The notes under the pieces were generated by a model that was not told the origin of the DNA, ran no database searches, and was given only the letters and a program-made list of their open reading frames with translations. DNA of 63,676 bases, filler included, from Folioceros fuciformis (Eukaryota): the NCBI GenBank assembly GCA_049999805.1. It is 9 parts of 9 records of this genome, joined end to end, with 100 filler letters (N's around TTAATTAATTAA, not from the genome) between each part and the next. Parts side by side here need not be neighbours in the genome. Positions count along the whole stretch, not along the records: positions 23,696 to 29,345 come from JBNGIO010003690.1; positions 29,446 to 32,534 come from JBNGIO010003691.1; positions 32,635 to 35,732 come from JBNGIO010003693.1; positions 35,833 to 43,427 come from JBNGIO010003694.1; 5 more parts are not named here. One strand, given 5' to 3'. Within the stretch, counting starts at the first letter, position 1. Each line of letters opens with the position of its first letter. Shown here in pieces: positions 23,696 to 35,877 of the stretch. Position numbers and translations under genes: made by a program.

Positions 23696-26600
23696 ATTCC
23701 ATAGAGAAACATACCACAATTGTAAGTACTAGTCCTTAAAACTTTACTTAACTTGAATGAAAAATCAGCACACATTTTAGTAAATTTATGTGTAATGGAA
23801 GTAAGCCATAAGCATCTTTGAGGATCACTTTTAAATGACATAATGCTTTGTTGGCAAAAACAGCTGCAACTTGGGGATTATACTCTACGCTTTTCTTGTA
23901 GCATTCTAATGCTATAGTCAGATGCCCCTTCCTGAAAAAATCATTTCCTTTCAATCTTTCTTCTTCAGCCTTGTCTTTTGCATTTATATGTTGTTGTGTA
24001 TCGCTNNNNNNNNNNNNNNNNNNNNNNNNNNNNNNNNNNNNNNNNNNNNNNNNNNNNNNNNNNNNNNNNNNNNNNNNNNNNNNNNNNNNNNNNNNNNNNN
24101 NNNNNGCTGGGTTGATTGTGAGAGATAGTTGTTGTCTTCTTCTGTGAATCTTCTTCAAAGGTTGTCGTTTTCATTGTCCCTTGTTCAAAACCTGTTTCTT
24201 CAATACTCCCTTGATTCAAACAATTCTCAAACAAAGTGTTACTCGATAACACATTGTCCAGGCTAGCCACAGGATCATTCATCACCTTCTTCTCTTCCAT
24301 TTTATTATGACCTTCTTGGGTAGCAAGGTCTGCTTGCCCATAAGTGGATGTCTTGTTGAGAGAATTCAAACCCTGAGACCAGAAACATGAATAGCTAACA
24401 AGGTTAAAACCATTATTGTGTATATTATGTGTTTTAGTACACTTTTAATGCATTGAATAACCCATGACTTATAATGTATTGAACAACCTGTGACTTCTCC
24501 CGTGGTACACATGTCCATATTCTTTTGCTTGTGCTAAAGCGTGCATCTTGAGTGAGAGGCACACTACTATGAGGAAATTCAATTTCTTCAAACACCATTG
24601 GACCAACACGCATAGGTAGGTATGATTTTTCTTCTTCTTTCGTTACCTCTATCTTTGCCTCATACACCTTACTTATATCTTGTGAGAGTTCAACATGGAT
24701 TCCTTTCCGAGTAGTTTCCATCTCCAATTCTAGAGCTTCCAAGTCCTTTTGTACTTGCTTGTCTTCTGGAACAACATTCAGTACTTTCTATCTAAATGTT
24801 AAGTTAAGAATTGTGAAATGTAAATAAGAGCCATTAAGAGTAGGCATGTCCTCCTGATCTAGCAACATACCATGAAGTCTTGTCGCGCTTCCTCGAATCT
24901 TCCAAGAGTTTTTCGTAAACACCCACGACGATAATATCCTCTCACAAATGTTGGATCAATATCAATTACTTTTGAGACAAGATCTTCTGCTTCTTCGTAC
25001 CTTTCTAGTCTTCGATAACATTCAGCGCGATTGGATAACGTTGCAATATTGTTGGAATCATATTTGAGGCTCGTTGCATAACATTCTTCAGCTCGCCTTA
25101 CATCCCCAATGGACAAAGACTTGTTTCCCTTAATTCGCCATTCATTTGCTAATAAACCTCCCACACCCTCTGATACATTGCAACACTCCACTACATCATC
25201 ATTAGTTACATCTAATACAATCTGAATGTTGTCTTCCATCATTTTATTTTCATCTTCATAAACACATTTGCTTTTGGGTTGTTGGGTCCCTTTCAAAAGT
25301 TCAACAATCAAGGGACTACAAGTTGTGTTTGGAGTAACTTTTCCTTTCTTACAATCCGTGGATAAAGCATGTTGTGGCACAACAATGTCATTGAGCTCTG
25401 TAGTTGCATCTGCAGTGTTATGACTTTTGATAACTTCTTCAAACAAACTTCTATTCCCAGGAAGCTCTTCTACTTCTTCAATCACCAAACGCTTTTTCTT
25501 TACAATGGGAGCATTGGATTTGGGTACGTCTTCACTACTATTAGATGCGATGATTAAATTTCCTTGAACCTTGTCAATAGCTTTTTTTGCATCATCCCTT
25601 AGATGTATGAGGTCAGAGTTGGAAGCATCAAGTAGTAGTGCGGACTCAAAATCTACAGATACAAAGAAGATTTAGGTTAGAAAAAAACATGCACAACAAC
25701 ATTCAAAGGCTATTCACATGCAACACTACCTTCAAGTGCTTGCTTAGGGTGGTCTAATTGCAAACTTGCCACTCCACGGCGCATGAGAGCCTAAAATAAT
25801 GAGCCTTGATTTTCAGACATTAGATGCATATTGATCATGTATACCATTCAAATTGCCAAACACTAATTCATATTGTGAGTTACCTTTAAATAAGAAGGGT
25901 CAATCTCAAGGGCTTTGCAACAATCCTTATAAGCCTCATCCCATCTGTTTACCTGATCGACATACATAATTTTAAAAATAAAAACAATAAATCACTATAT
26001 TTTATCCTTATAAGATACAATACACTTAATACTTTCTTTCATGCTTTTAAAAGATGACATCCCATGTGAAAAAAATCTAGAGTTCACCTTCAGGAAGGCA
26101 GCTGCACGATTTGAATAAGATGATGCAGAATTCGGAAATAAATCAATTGCAAATGTATATGCATCTATGCTGGCAATGTATTCTTTTGCCTGTATCATAC
26201 AAACTTATTTTCTTTATCAAATTAAGAAAGACACATTTGATGTATTCAAAGAAGACTATTTTACAGTGAAGAAAAAAAAAATGACAACCTTGAAGAGATC
26301 ATTTCCCTTTTCACGTTCTCTTGCCCCAAACCATTCTCTTTCTACAGCCGATCTTGTTTGAGCAAATTTCAATAATCTAAAATATACCACAAACATTAAT
26401 TTTAAAATGAATAAAAAAAATCAATGAGGTGTCTTTTATTTAGAATAAAGAGTGATGATCTATTAATATTTGCAATCAATAAATGATGCTATGAGTTTTT
26501 TTTTTTCTTGTCCTAACAAAGAATCAACTCTAACAAAGCTACATCAAAAGAGTGATTGATCAACATACTTTGTGTGTTTAGTCTCAATATTTTGGCCATT

Positions 26601-27682
26601 ATTTAATGCATTATTATTATCTTGTGTTTTGGTTGCATGTTCCTCGACTTCCTACACACACATCATAGTTAGTTCAATTGTAATGTTGCATTAGTATAGT
26701 ATCCATTTTATTGAAACTGTGGCTAACCTTTTCACACTCTCTCACATATTTGTCCCATTGTTCATAGTATTCCTTTCCACTACGAACATCTCTTTTGTTT
26801 TGTTTTGTGATGTTTCCATCTTGTTGTGACAAACTTGTTTTGGATTGTTTGGATCTATTCTTGGACTTGCGCACCAAAGGAATGAGAGGATTTTCTTCCT
26901 TGGGAAGATTTTGTAACTGCTCTGGTAGAATACATTTCATCAATCACATTTGGTGTATGCAATGTAGTAGTACAGACAACGGTATAGTCCATGATGAAAG
27001 CCTTACCATTATGTTGAGGGGAATGAACATCCTTCAAGCCTTGTAGTTTTTGATCTGAGCTTTTGATTGAGCTCTGTGATAACATTCCACCTAAGTATTC
27101 TGTATCCTGGAGAAACTAACATATAGTGCATAGAATGGTATATAATAGATTTGTGGGCAATCCTACCTGCCATGTATAAATGTTGCTAAGAAATGCATCG
27201 AAATTTGCATCAAGAGTTTCATAGCTGCATGCCGACATGAATAGGCTGAAATGAGTCTCACAACAATATATTGATTGCAATGAGGAAAGCTCGCTCACTT
27301 ACCAAGATTCATTATCCTTGGGCTGAAATGAGTCTCACAACAATATATTGATTGCAATGAGGAAAGCTCACTCACTTACCAAGATTCATTATCCTTGGGT
27401 TGATCCACTTTGCCGCCTCTTTCTATGATAACTTGTCTCGCCATGTCTGCTGTTTGTGGAAATCCCTCATCTCTGTGGAGAGGGAGAGAATGAAGAAGAA
27501 GATATGAAGATAGTATTGTTTTATAGATTAGGTAGGGGATTGAAGGGTTGCTCTCTCCAATGTCAGTAATCATCACGTTGCAACCCAACCCAATCTTAGC
27601 ACCTCATGTATTTCTCGAGACGCTTGAGTTTTGAGATGTTTGTCATAGCCTTGATTTTCTCGTAGCTGGAAGAGACAACCAT
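23696..27682 (-). CDS. SPAG1/RPAP3-like TPR co-chaperone (R2TP type, dynein arm assembly); 3' end cut off by scaffold edge
   Basis: Spliced N-terminus MVVSSSYEKIKAMTNISKLKRLEKYMR-DEGFPQTADMARQVI resembles the SPAG1 N-terminal module; EYYEQWDKY motif; three carboxylate-clamp TPR clusters (RERGNDLFK..YSNRAAAFLK; RIKGNKSL..LSNRAECY; RLKGNDFFR..FANKALCHLK). Confidence 0.78.
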
Positions 27683-29445
27683 GGTAGTCGAGGAGGTTGG
27701 TTGGTGGATGACTTCTCATGACATCAAATCAAAGCTCGATATGAGGTGAAATCTTACGTGACTTGATTGAACTCATCGATCTCGGCATCCGAGAGACCCG
27801 TTGCTGCCGGCATCGCGAAAACTTCTGGTCCGAACACAGCTAGCTACACTTGGAGGAAGAGGTGAATAATGGGGGGGGAATCAAGAGTTTACTTCCACCT
27901 CGAGGATGCCGAGGTCGGGAAAAACCTCCTCCGGTTGCAATATGGGTACCCACACCTGAATGAGAGATAAAGAAAACCCACCGACTAATGGGCTTGTGGG
28001 TTTCCTTCCGGTGCCCAGCTTTCAATGAGAGGCTGAGCTTAGCAATGTAGCTTGGCAAACACGAAAGAGAGTTGAATGAAGGCCGGGAAAGGAGGATCCC
28101 GGAAGGAGCTTTAGTGATTGTGTTAATAGAATTGCTGGCTGGATGTGGAGGTGCAACGAACTCGGCGGTGAGCCTTGAAGAAGGAAGAGTAAGTGCACTT
28201 CAATTTGAGCCCGGTTTTACGCAGCATTCAGTAGGTGAGGTTGGTGGAGGAGGGCCTGCTACATGTGTCAACCCAGAAAGCAACATGGCGAGAGGAGAAA
28301 AGATGGACGACAAGACGTCCATAAATGGAGCCGGAGATGGGAACGGGGAAAAGGATAAGCGGGAATGATGAAAAAGGGGAAGCCATGAGCATGCCAGGAG
28401 GTGAAAAGGGGTGTTAATGCCGGAAGAGCAGAAGGTGAATCCGGGGAGCAATGAATGCCAATGCCGAGGCCCGCCCTGTGTTTGCACAGTACGTGAGACC
28501 GTATGCTATACGGTTCGGGAGGGAGGAGACGTAAAATTGAAAAATGTGCCGCCAGCAACGTGCCAAGGCAGGCAGGCCCGGAGGGGAAGGGAAGGCCAGG
28601 CCGGACCTGGGCAGGCAGCAGCCAGGCAACCGAGACGCGGTGGTAAAAACGTTTCTTCCGACGGAAGTTGGGCTGTGACTGGCAGGGCACGGCCAGGCGG
28701 AAGCTCCAAGACAGGCCAGGCCAGGCCAGGCCAGGCCAGGTCAGGCAGGTGTCGCTTGACTCGAGGAACTGTGAGACTTCCAAGTGCTGCCTGCGGCTGT
28801 GTTCACATTGTGGGAATTTGCATTAATGGCATTGACGTCAGGCCCGCGCCAGGTTGGAAGGAGGAGAAAAAAATTTCACTCCTGAAGACCGGGTCACTCT
28901 GGCTCGTACTGTACATCGGGGATGGTCAGCTCGGGCTCGACTCGAGAGGCTGGGGGGTTCTGGACAGGTGCGTGGTGTGGTTTATGGTAGTGGTGGTGTG
29001 TGTTGTCGTAGGAAGGGAGGCTCGCCCACCGTTTTAAGATCGCCCTGCTCCTACTCCTTGGTTCCGACTTGGAAGCGACTTGCCGTGCTCGCCTTCCTTT
29101 CTCTCCGGAACCCGTGCTAGAGGCTTGGCTCGTGTTGGGTTGGGTTGGATAGGGGTGCGCTTGCTTGCGAGCTCGCGGCGGGAAGGAAACTCTCATGTGC
29201 CGGGGCTGTCATGTGCTTCTTCCGTCAACCGGATTGCGCGACTTCCTTGCCTTGCATAGAGTAGCACGCCCTCCGGTACCGGGGCAGAGAGAGCTTGTTG
29301 GGCGCTACAGCGGTTGCTGGGCGGGAGAGATTTTTGTGGGCGGTTNNNNNNNNNNNNNNNNNNNNNNNNNNNNNNNNNNNNNNNNNNNNTTAATTAATTA
29401 ANNNNNNNNNNNNNNNNNNNNNNNNNNNNNNNNNNNNNNNNNNNN

Positions 29446-29837
29446 TTGGGAGCCGCCATGTTCCCCTAGTGGCATGGGGAATCAAGGCCGAGATGCATTT
29501 GCACAATGGATTAACCCTCTAACCCAGCAGCTTGCACACAAGGTCAAGGGAGCTCTCACCAAAAAAACCTCCCCCCTTAATAACAGGCCTGGCCTCTTAT
29601 ACTCCCTTGGCCCGGAACCCCTGTCACTGCCTAACCAAGTTAGCACACCTTAGACAGAACCCTCCACTCGTCAAAACCCTAAACCTAAGTCCGACCTAAT
29701 CCTAACCCTAACTCTTATCTAACTCTAATCTAACCAAATCTTCTAACCTTTCCTCTACAACACTCACTCACAGATCCAAAAAAAAAAAAAGAGAACCCAT
29801 CATTTCCCACGGGTCTGTTCAGCATGTGGAGTCCACA
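29446..29837. mobile_element. Probable LTR fragment ending ...GTCCACA, abutting the DNMT-Gypsy element
   Basis: C/A-rich with telobox-like AAACCCTAA motifs and a CA terminus at an abrupt composition change. Confidence 0.45.
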
Positions 29838-29953
29838 ATGAGGTTAGACGTTGCTAGAGGGTTAGCTGCAATTTTTAGTAAACTTGAAAGGAGGCAAGCT
29901 GAATTTCAATTGGATGATAAGATTCAGCTTGTACGAAGCAGGCAATTTGTAAA

Positions 29954-31056
29954 TTGGAACCTGTGTGTAATAAACTTCTGAGTTTGAGTTTGTCTGCATG
30001 TGGACTGGTTGTAGTTGAGTTGTTTGCTCGAATTACATATGGTTTGGAAGCGGTGTTGGCTGTTGGTTATGCAGTTAAACGTTATATTTATTGTGACCCA
30101 GATGAAGTTTGTCAGGCAATTGCAAAGGCTAGATTGTATAATTTGTGTAAAAAGTATCCAATGCAATTGAAGATTGAGGTTATCACGTAGGCGTTTTCCA
30201 CTTGGCCGCAGGATGTCAGGCTTATTGGATTGACGCAATTTTAGATGGTGGAAGAAATTGATCTTGTAGTGGCGGGTTGGGNNNNNNNNNNNNNNNNNNN
30301 NNNNNNNNNNNNNNNNNNNNNNNNNNNNNNNNNNNNNNNNNNNNNNNNNNNNNNNNNNNNNNNNNNNNNNNNNNNNNNNNNTGTTAGGGACACTCAATGG
30401 CAGGAAGAGGAAAAGGGCTAATGAATTATAGGTCTGAATTATTTTATGAGTTGGTAAGGATTCTCAATTTGATACAAGAGCGTCAAAAGAAAGAATGTGG
30501 GTATTTAGTTGAGAATGTGGACTCTCATATGGATAGGAGGGTGTTGCTGAGATAGGATTTTGAGGAGATTAAGTATTACCTAGGGGAGCCTATAAAGTTT
30601 GATAAGGTGCAATTTGGATCAAGAGATCACAGACTTTGTTGTTTTTGGAACAATATGATGCCTAAGCATTTGTTGCAGAGACATGCAGATCAATGGCAAA
30701 GGAGTGAGGAGTTCATAGTAGATCATATTTTGGAAGAAGGACGTGTAAGTAGGCGGGTGGTTTCAGATGATAGACATCCCTTTTATTGTGTCAACAAAAA
30801 GGGTGAGCCTAGAAGGCGTTACCAACATTTGTCAGTTTTGAAAACGCTAATGCATTCAAAGGAGACAGACCTGGAATGGTATTTGATAGCAAGAAGGATA
30901 TGTGGAATGTTCCATCACCCAAGGAGAGAGAAAGGGCAATGGGCTTTTGATACGGATTCTACTTATGTGGAGGGTATAATAAGTGAACAAAGAAATAAAA
31001 AGCTTGGGCAAGCTATGAATTTGAATACTGTTAAGTGGCTTATGATGTCAATATAG
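29954..31056 (+). pseudogene. C5 cytosine DNA methyltransferase domain within a Ty3/Gypsy pol (decayed)
   Basis: Motif I VVELFARI..GLEA, II YCDPD, IV IDLVVAGW-g[N gap]-C*GHSMAGRGKGL..RSELF, VI YLVENV (30511), VIII QFGSRDHRL..FWNN, IX SPKERERAMGF, X LGQAMN, all in canonical order. Confidence 0.88.
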
Positions 31057-31299
31057 GTTTATCAGGAGTGGAAGCAAAAATGGAAAGTTATTATGAGTGC
31101 AAGATTTAAAAAGGGATGTTCAAGCGAGAGCATTAAACTAGAAATAGGGGAGGAGGTCAAAAGGATTAGGGAAGCTGGTGGCATGGTTGATGATAGTCAT
31201 AAAGAAAATAAACAAATGAGGACTAGTAAAGAGGCTGGGGAAGTCAGAGGTGCGACCAAGAGTTGCGTTGGGTTGGTTGATGATGTAAGTGTTTGTGGG

Positions 31300-31744
31300 A
31301 AGTAGGAGCATGTGGAATTTCAATGGGATATTTCGGAGGAGATGAGTGTTAAGGATAGGAAGATTTTGCAAAGATTTTAGATGATAGGAGAAACTTTAAG
31401 GTGTTTGCTTTTTCCAATAAAAAATTGGGTAGACAACGACGTTTAAGTTTAAAAATTGTCTAAAAACTGAAGAGCCAGTTTTAAGAAGACCGTATTGTTT
31501 GAGTAAAGTAGAAAATGAGATTGTGGATAAGAAGTGTCAGGAGTTGTTAGAGGTAGGATTGATTAGATCCTCAAAGTCAAAATATGCAGTAGCTACAGTA
31601 TTTCCACTGAAAAAGGATGTACATGGTAATTGGATGGAGGAGAGGATGTATGGCGATTATAGGTCATTGAATGAGGTGACACCCATGGATAGATATCCAA
31701 TGCCTACGCCAAAAGAAATTTTTGATGCAATTGGAGATTATAAC
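31300..31744 (+). mobile_element. Ty3/Gypsy reverse transcriptase N-terminal half, interrupted by an LTR insertion at 31745
   Basis: RRPYCLSKVE...LLEVGLIRSSKSKYAVATVFPLKKDVHGNWMEERMYGDYRSLNEVTPMDRYPMPTPKEIFDAIG. Confidence 0.9.
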
Positions 31745-32534
31745 TGTGAACCTCCAAAGTTTGGGGTAGTAGTTTGTTTTGGTTGAAAAAGGGTTAATAG
31801 TGGTATGGTATGGTTTTCTTTTTCTACTTCTTTTCCCTAATTTTTCTTTATTTTCTGGTCATTTTTCCTATTTTTCTTTGTGCTAATTAGATTAATTAAC
31901 TAGGAAAAAGTTGGTTTGGTTATTAGAGTGGGTACAGGTCTAGTTCTAGACCTGGGAAAGTTTAGATCCAGTACCGGGCCATAGGGTTGGGAAAGTTTGA
32001 GTCTAGGTCTGGTGATTAGTTTAATATTAATTAAAGATATATAATATTAAATAATTGAATAATAATTAACATAATATTAAATAATAAAAATAATGGTATG
32101 AACATAGGAACGAGAATATGTGGGGTATGTCAGTGTCAGGGATCAAGGTCTGATGTCAGGCTGGCTGATTGCTTGGCTGGCCTGAATGGTCATGAAGGCC
32201 GTGCCCTAGCTAGAGCTAGAGGCAGGGGTTGCGGCCGCCCCCATCCCCCTCCCCCTTTCTCCCTTCCTCCTCCATTCCCTTCTTGTCCCGCTTCCTCTTC
32301 TTCCCCTTCTCTCTCCATCTCTTTGTCCTGCTTCTTCTTTTGGATCCACATTACACGTAGACCGGGTGATGGGACTGAGGGCAAGCAAAGAAGGAGCATG
32401 AGGCGAGCTGGAGGATTCGGTTGATGCAGGGCCAGGCTTGCCTCCGTCTTCTCCCTGATTTCTTTCCCGTTCCCCTTCTACCCTGTCCCGATTTCCTCCC
32501 CAATCTACAGCCCCAATGTTAGATCTGCCTTGCT
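31745..32534 (+). mobile_element. LTR 5' part inserted into the Gypsy RT
   Basis: Begins TGTGAACCTCCAAAGTTTGGGGTAGTAG exactly where RT homology stops. The same terminus is found inverted at 35833-35877. Confidence 0.75.
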
Positions 32535-32634
32535 NNNNNNNNNNNNNNNNNNNNNNNNNNNNNNNNNNNNNNNNNNNNTTAATTAATTAANNNNNNNNNN
32601 NNNNNNNNNNNNNNNNNNNNNNNNNNNNNNNNNN

Positions 32635-32730
32635 CCTATATCATAGCGTTTTTGCATCAAAGGGTTTCCATTGCTCTATAACGAACTTTGGTTAATACCA
32701 TATACAGAACAATAGCGTTGGTAAGAGAGA
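32635..32730 (+). mobile_element. Extreme C-terminus of a second CRE-like RLE non-LTR element
   Basis: AFLHQRVSIAL*RTLVNTIYRT matches the terminal QRxSxxLQR motif and the copy at about 9335-9400. Confidence 0.55.
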
Positions 32731-32907
32731 CGGTGTCAGCAACTCTAGTGGTAAGTAGACCCTTTGTCCACTTAGCCTATGAAATTTTAGGTGCTATTGG
32801 TAGTTATTAGGCTTCAAAGGACTAGCCCCTAGTGTCCCTATCATGGTTTACCTCCCTCTCTAAGAGGCTTCATCTTGTTTTTCTTACATAAATAAGTGAC
32901 ACTCCAC

Positions 32908-33017
32908 TGTTGTGGATGATCCCCTTTCCTTGTTATTGTTTTGGATACATCTTTTATTTGTGTGTTGTGGATGATCCCCTTTCCTTGTTATTGTTTTGGA
33001 TACATCTTTTATTTGTG
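32908..33017. repeat. 55-bp tandem repeat running into an N gap
   Basis: TGTTGTGGATGATCCCC... at 32908 and 32963. Confidence 0.9.
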
Positions 33018-35832
33018 NNNNNNNNNNNNNNNNNNNNNNNNNNNNNNNNNNNNNNNNNNNNNNNNNNNNNNNNNNNNNNNNNNNNNNNNNNNNNNNNNNN
33101 NNNNNNNNNNNNNNNNNGTAGTATATATTGGCACATTCCTCTTCCATTGGCTCTATGAGTGATCTTCATTGGCTCCAAGAGTGGAATCATGGCAAGGGGA
33201 ATAAAGGTATGCCTAGCTTACATGGCTGTGTATATTTGTCGATCTTGTCCAATGCACAACTTTTCGCTACTCAAAAACATGCTCACAAAAACGAAGCTAT
33301 GTTTGGGGAGTCATCCGAATCACACTAACCACAACAAACTTGGTCCATTGCAATGATCAAGAAGTGGGCAGCCCAAGAGAACCTCTGGCAAGCATGATAT
33401 AGGGTGACTCTTTGTAGAGCAAGAAACCATTATCCTTGGCCACAGAAATTAAATGATAGCCCATTGCATTGTGGGTGGCAATACAAAACCTCCCAGAAGC
33501 CATCAAGCTAGAGATATCCTTGAGTTGTCTAGGATCGCCCCCACAACTTAATGGTAAAAGAGAGTAGGCTTGAGGTGGGGTGAAACCAAGTCTTAGAGAA
33601 GACTTGAGTTGTCGTGGATCTGGAAAATGTTGGTGGTACGACTAGAAGAGCCTTGATGTATGGCCCGAATGAAGGGCCAAATGCTAGCATGCTTTTCTAG
33701 TGAGCTCAACCTCCGAATGAGCTATATGTGTCGAAGGGACAAGAAAGGCTTGGAGAAGATTCAGCTGAGTGATCTGATTAAGTAGATACTTAAATTAATT
33801 TATCATTAACCTATAAAAGATAAAAGATATATAATATTATGGAGTTTATTTTTTGTGTATACATATATATTACTATCCTAAATATCATATGAAGATGGTT
33901 CATGTGATGATGTTCCACCTATCAATATTATACATAGTATACAAAAAAGAAGGGTAAGATATTTGCACGGTGAGAAATCAATGGTTGGGAGGTATGGGTA
34001 TGATTATGAGTTACTACTCTTGTACATCCTTGGTATTTAGAGAGATGTACGCTTTTATGGAATTTCTTAAAAAACCGCATGCTGGTACTATGCACTCCGC
34101 AATACTGTATCGGGCTCAGGATTTTTCTCTCCTTTCTCCCTTTTTACTTTTCTCTTTGTCCAGTTGAATTTGCAGAATTGATGTACGAGCAGGGAAATGC
34201 GCTGACGGAGGGCCACTCGCACTGGCTTGGCAGCATGCATGGCAAAACGTGTCCTTCAAAATTGGCGAGGGGGGGGGGGGGGGCGATAAGAGGGAGGCAG
34301 TACCTGGAGGCTGGCAGGAAGGCAGGGGCATGGTTGATGGGTGATGAAGAAGGCAATGAGGGGAGGAGGACGTACATGGAGTCCGAGCGGCCAGGCCAGG
34401 TCCAAGTACTTCCCAGATTCTGCACACTTGACTTGGGTCTCCTGGACGGGTGCCGAAGGGGATTTCCAGCCGCATGGAGCATTTGCCTTGCTTGGCCTTT
34501 GGAGGCCTTGCCTTCAAAGGCCATTTGCCTTTGCCTTCGAGGTTTGTTCCTGCGAGGAGACCAACATGGAAGGAACCTGGAAATGAGAATTCGGGGTTTC
34601 GTCTCGGGACAAGAGCTTTCCACCTGATGAAGCCTTGAATGTCCTTTGCGGTATCGCAGGGTCGATGCCGAGAAGAGAAAGTAGATGCGCGTAAACCGGG
34701 TCGGAGGTTGGGAAGGCGACACGTACTATATGTATTAGTAGCTCAGCTGCAACGCGGCCCGGACCGGGAGGTGCGGATGCGTGTGGAGCCAACAGTGGTA
34801 GTCTTGGCATACTGGACTGGACTAGTAGTGTCTGTGTGGATGTAGCTGGAGTTGGAGCTGGAGCTGGAGCTGGGCGACAATGTTAACCTAGAGCCGAGAA
34901 ATGTAGATCCTTGGAGGACGGAGGAATGTAGTAGCCGGCACGGTAGAGACATCGGACAACTATTGCATCGTATTGTAATGTAGATGCGTTGTGAACAGGA
35001 TGATCCGGATGCCGATTGCCGATTGCAGAAACACTAGTATAACATGAGACTTGAGAGCCACGTTCCCCGAGACTAGTCGTTGGGCAAATAGCGCCGGCAA
35101 CAGCTCGCCAGGCAGTGACTGCATTGATCACCTGCGAGCGAGCTTGCGAGCCTGCGAGCCTGCAATCCAAAGCCTGGGGCTGCATGCATGATGAGAGAGG
35201 CATGGGAGGGAAAACCGAGGGAAACCGTCTGACTCAGCCTACGCAGCTGTCGCCACTGACAGCGGCAGCGTCTGTGTGGCTGCCCCGCGCTGCATCCTGG
35301 TCTCCGGAAAATGAGAAAAAGGCAGAAAACAAACCAAACCAAACCAAACCTTGATGGTCTGACTCCAGAGATGCCTGGCATGGAGGTGCCGGGTGTCCTC
35401 GTGTCCAGGGCGCCGCCCGCGATCGGAGGCTGCACCCACGAATCAGCCAACACCACGGTGCGCACAGCGCAAAGGAAGGGCGTGCTATGCGCTGCGCCCT
35501 GCAGGCCTGCCCGATCCGTAAAAATGGAAACACCTTCTTCCCCCAACCCCAGACGTGCGCCTAATGAAAGCACATATGAGCTGGCCCGATGAGCCCCGCC
35601 TCCGCCTCCGTCCCCGTTCCCGTGCCTTTCGCCACCCCCTCCCTACCTGATGGGGCCGGGCCCGGGTCCAGCCGGGTCCCATTGACGCCCGGTCAATTCG
35701 CCTCGTCTCCAACTCCACTCTGCGTGTGTACANNNNNNNNNNNNNNNNNNNNNNNNNNNNNNNNNNNNNNNNNNNNTTAATTAATTAANNNNNNNNNNNN
35801 NNNNNNNNNNNNNNNNNNNNNNNNNNNNNNNN

Positions 35833-35877
35833 TTTTCAACCAAAACAAACTACTACCCCAAACTTTGGAGGTTTACA
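35833..35877 (-). mobile_element. LTR terminus (same family as 31745) inserted into a Copia gag
   Basis: Reverse complement TGTAAACCTCCAAAGTTTGGGGTAGTAGTTTGTTTTGGTTGAAAA differs at 1 of 45 positions from 31745-31789. Confidence 0.8.

Noticed and set aside
27800-29345. GC-rich ORFs and (GGCCA)n run
   Set aside because: No recognisable domain or consistent exon chain; probably regulatory or UTR sequence.
29660-29745. Telomere-like AAACCCTAA/CCTAA run
   Set aside because: Short, degenerate and inside an LTR-like sequence; similar motifs occur in other LTRs here.
34100-35732. Possible miRNA precursor or conserved uORF; 13-bp hairpin at about 34490-34520
   Set aside because: No match to conserved plant miRNAs or uORF peptides that I recognise; the stem is too short for a pre-miRNA.
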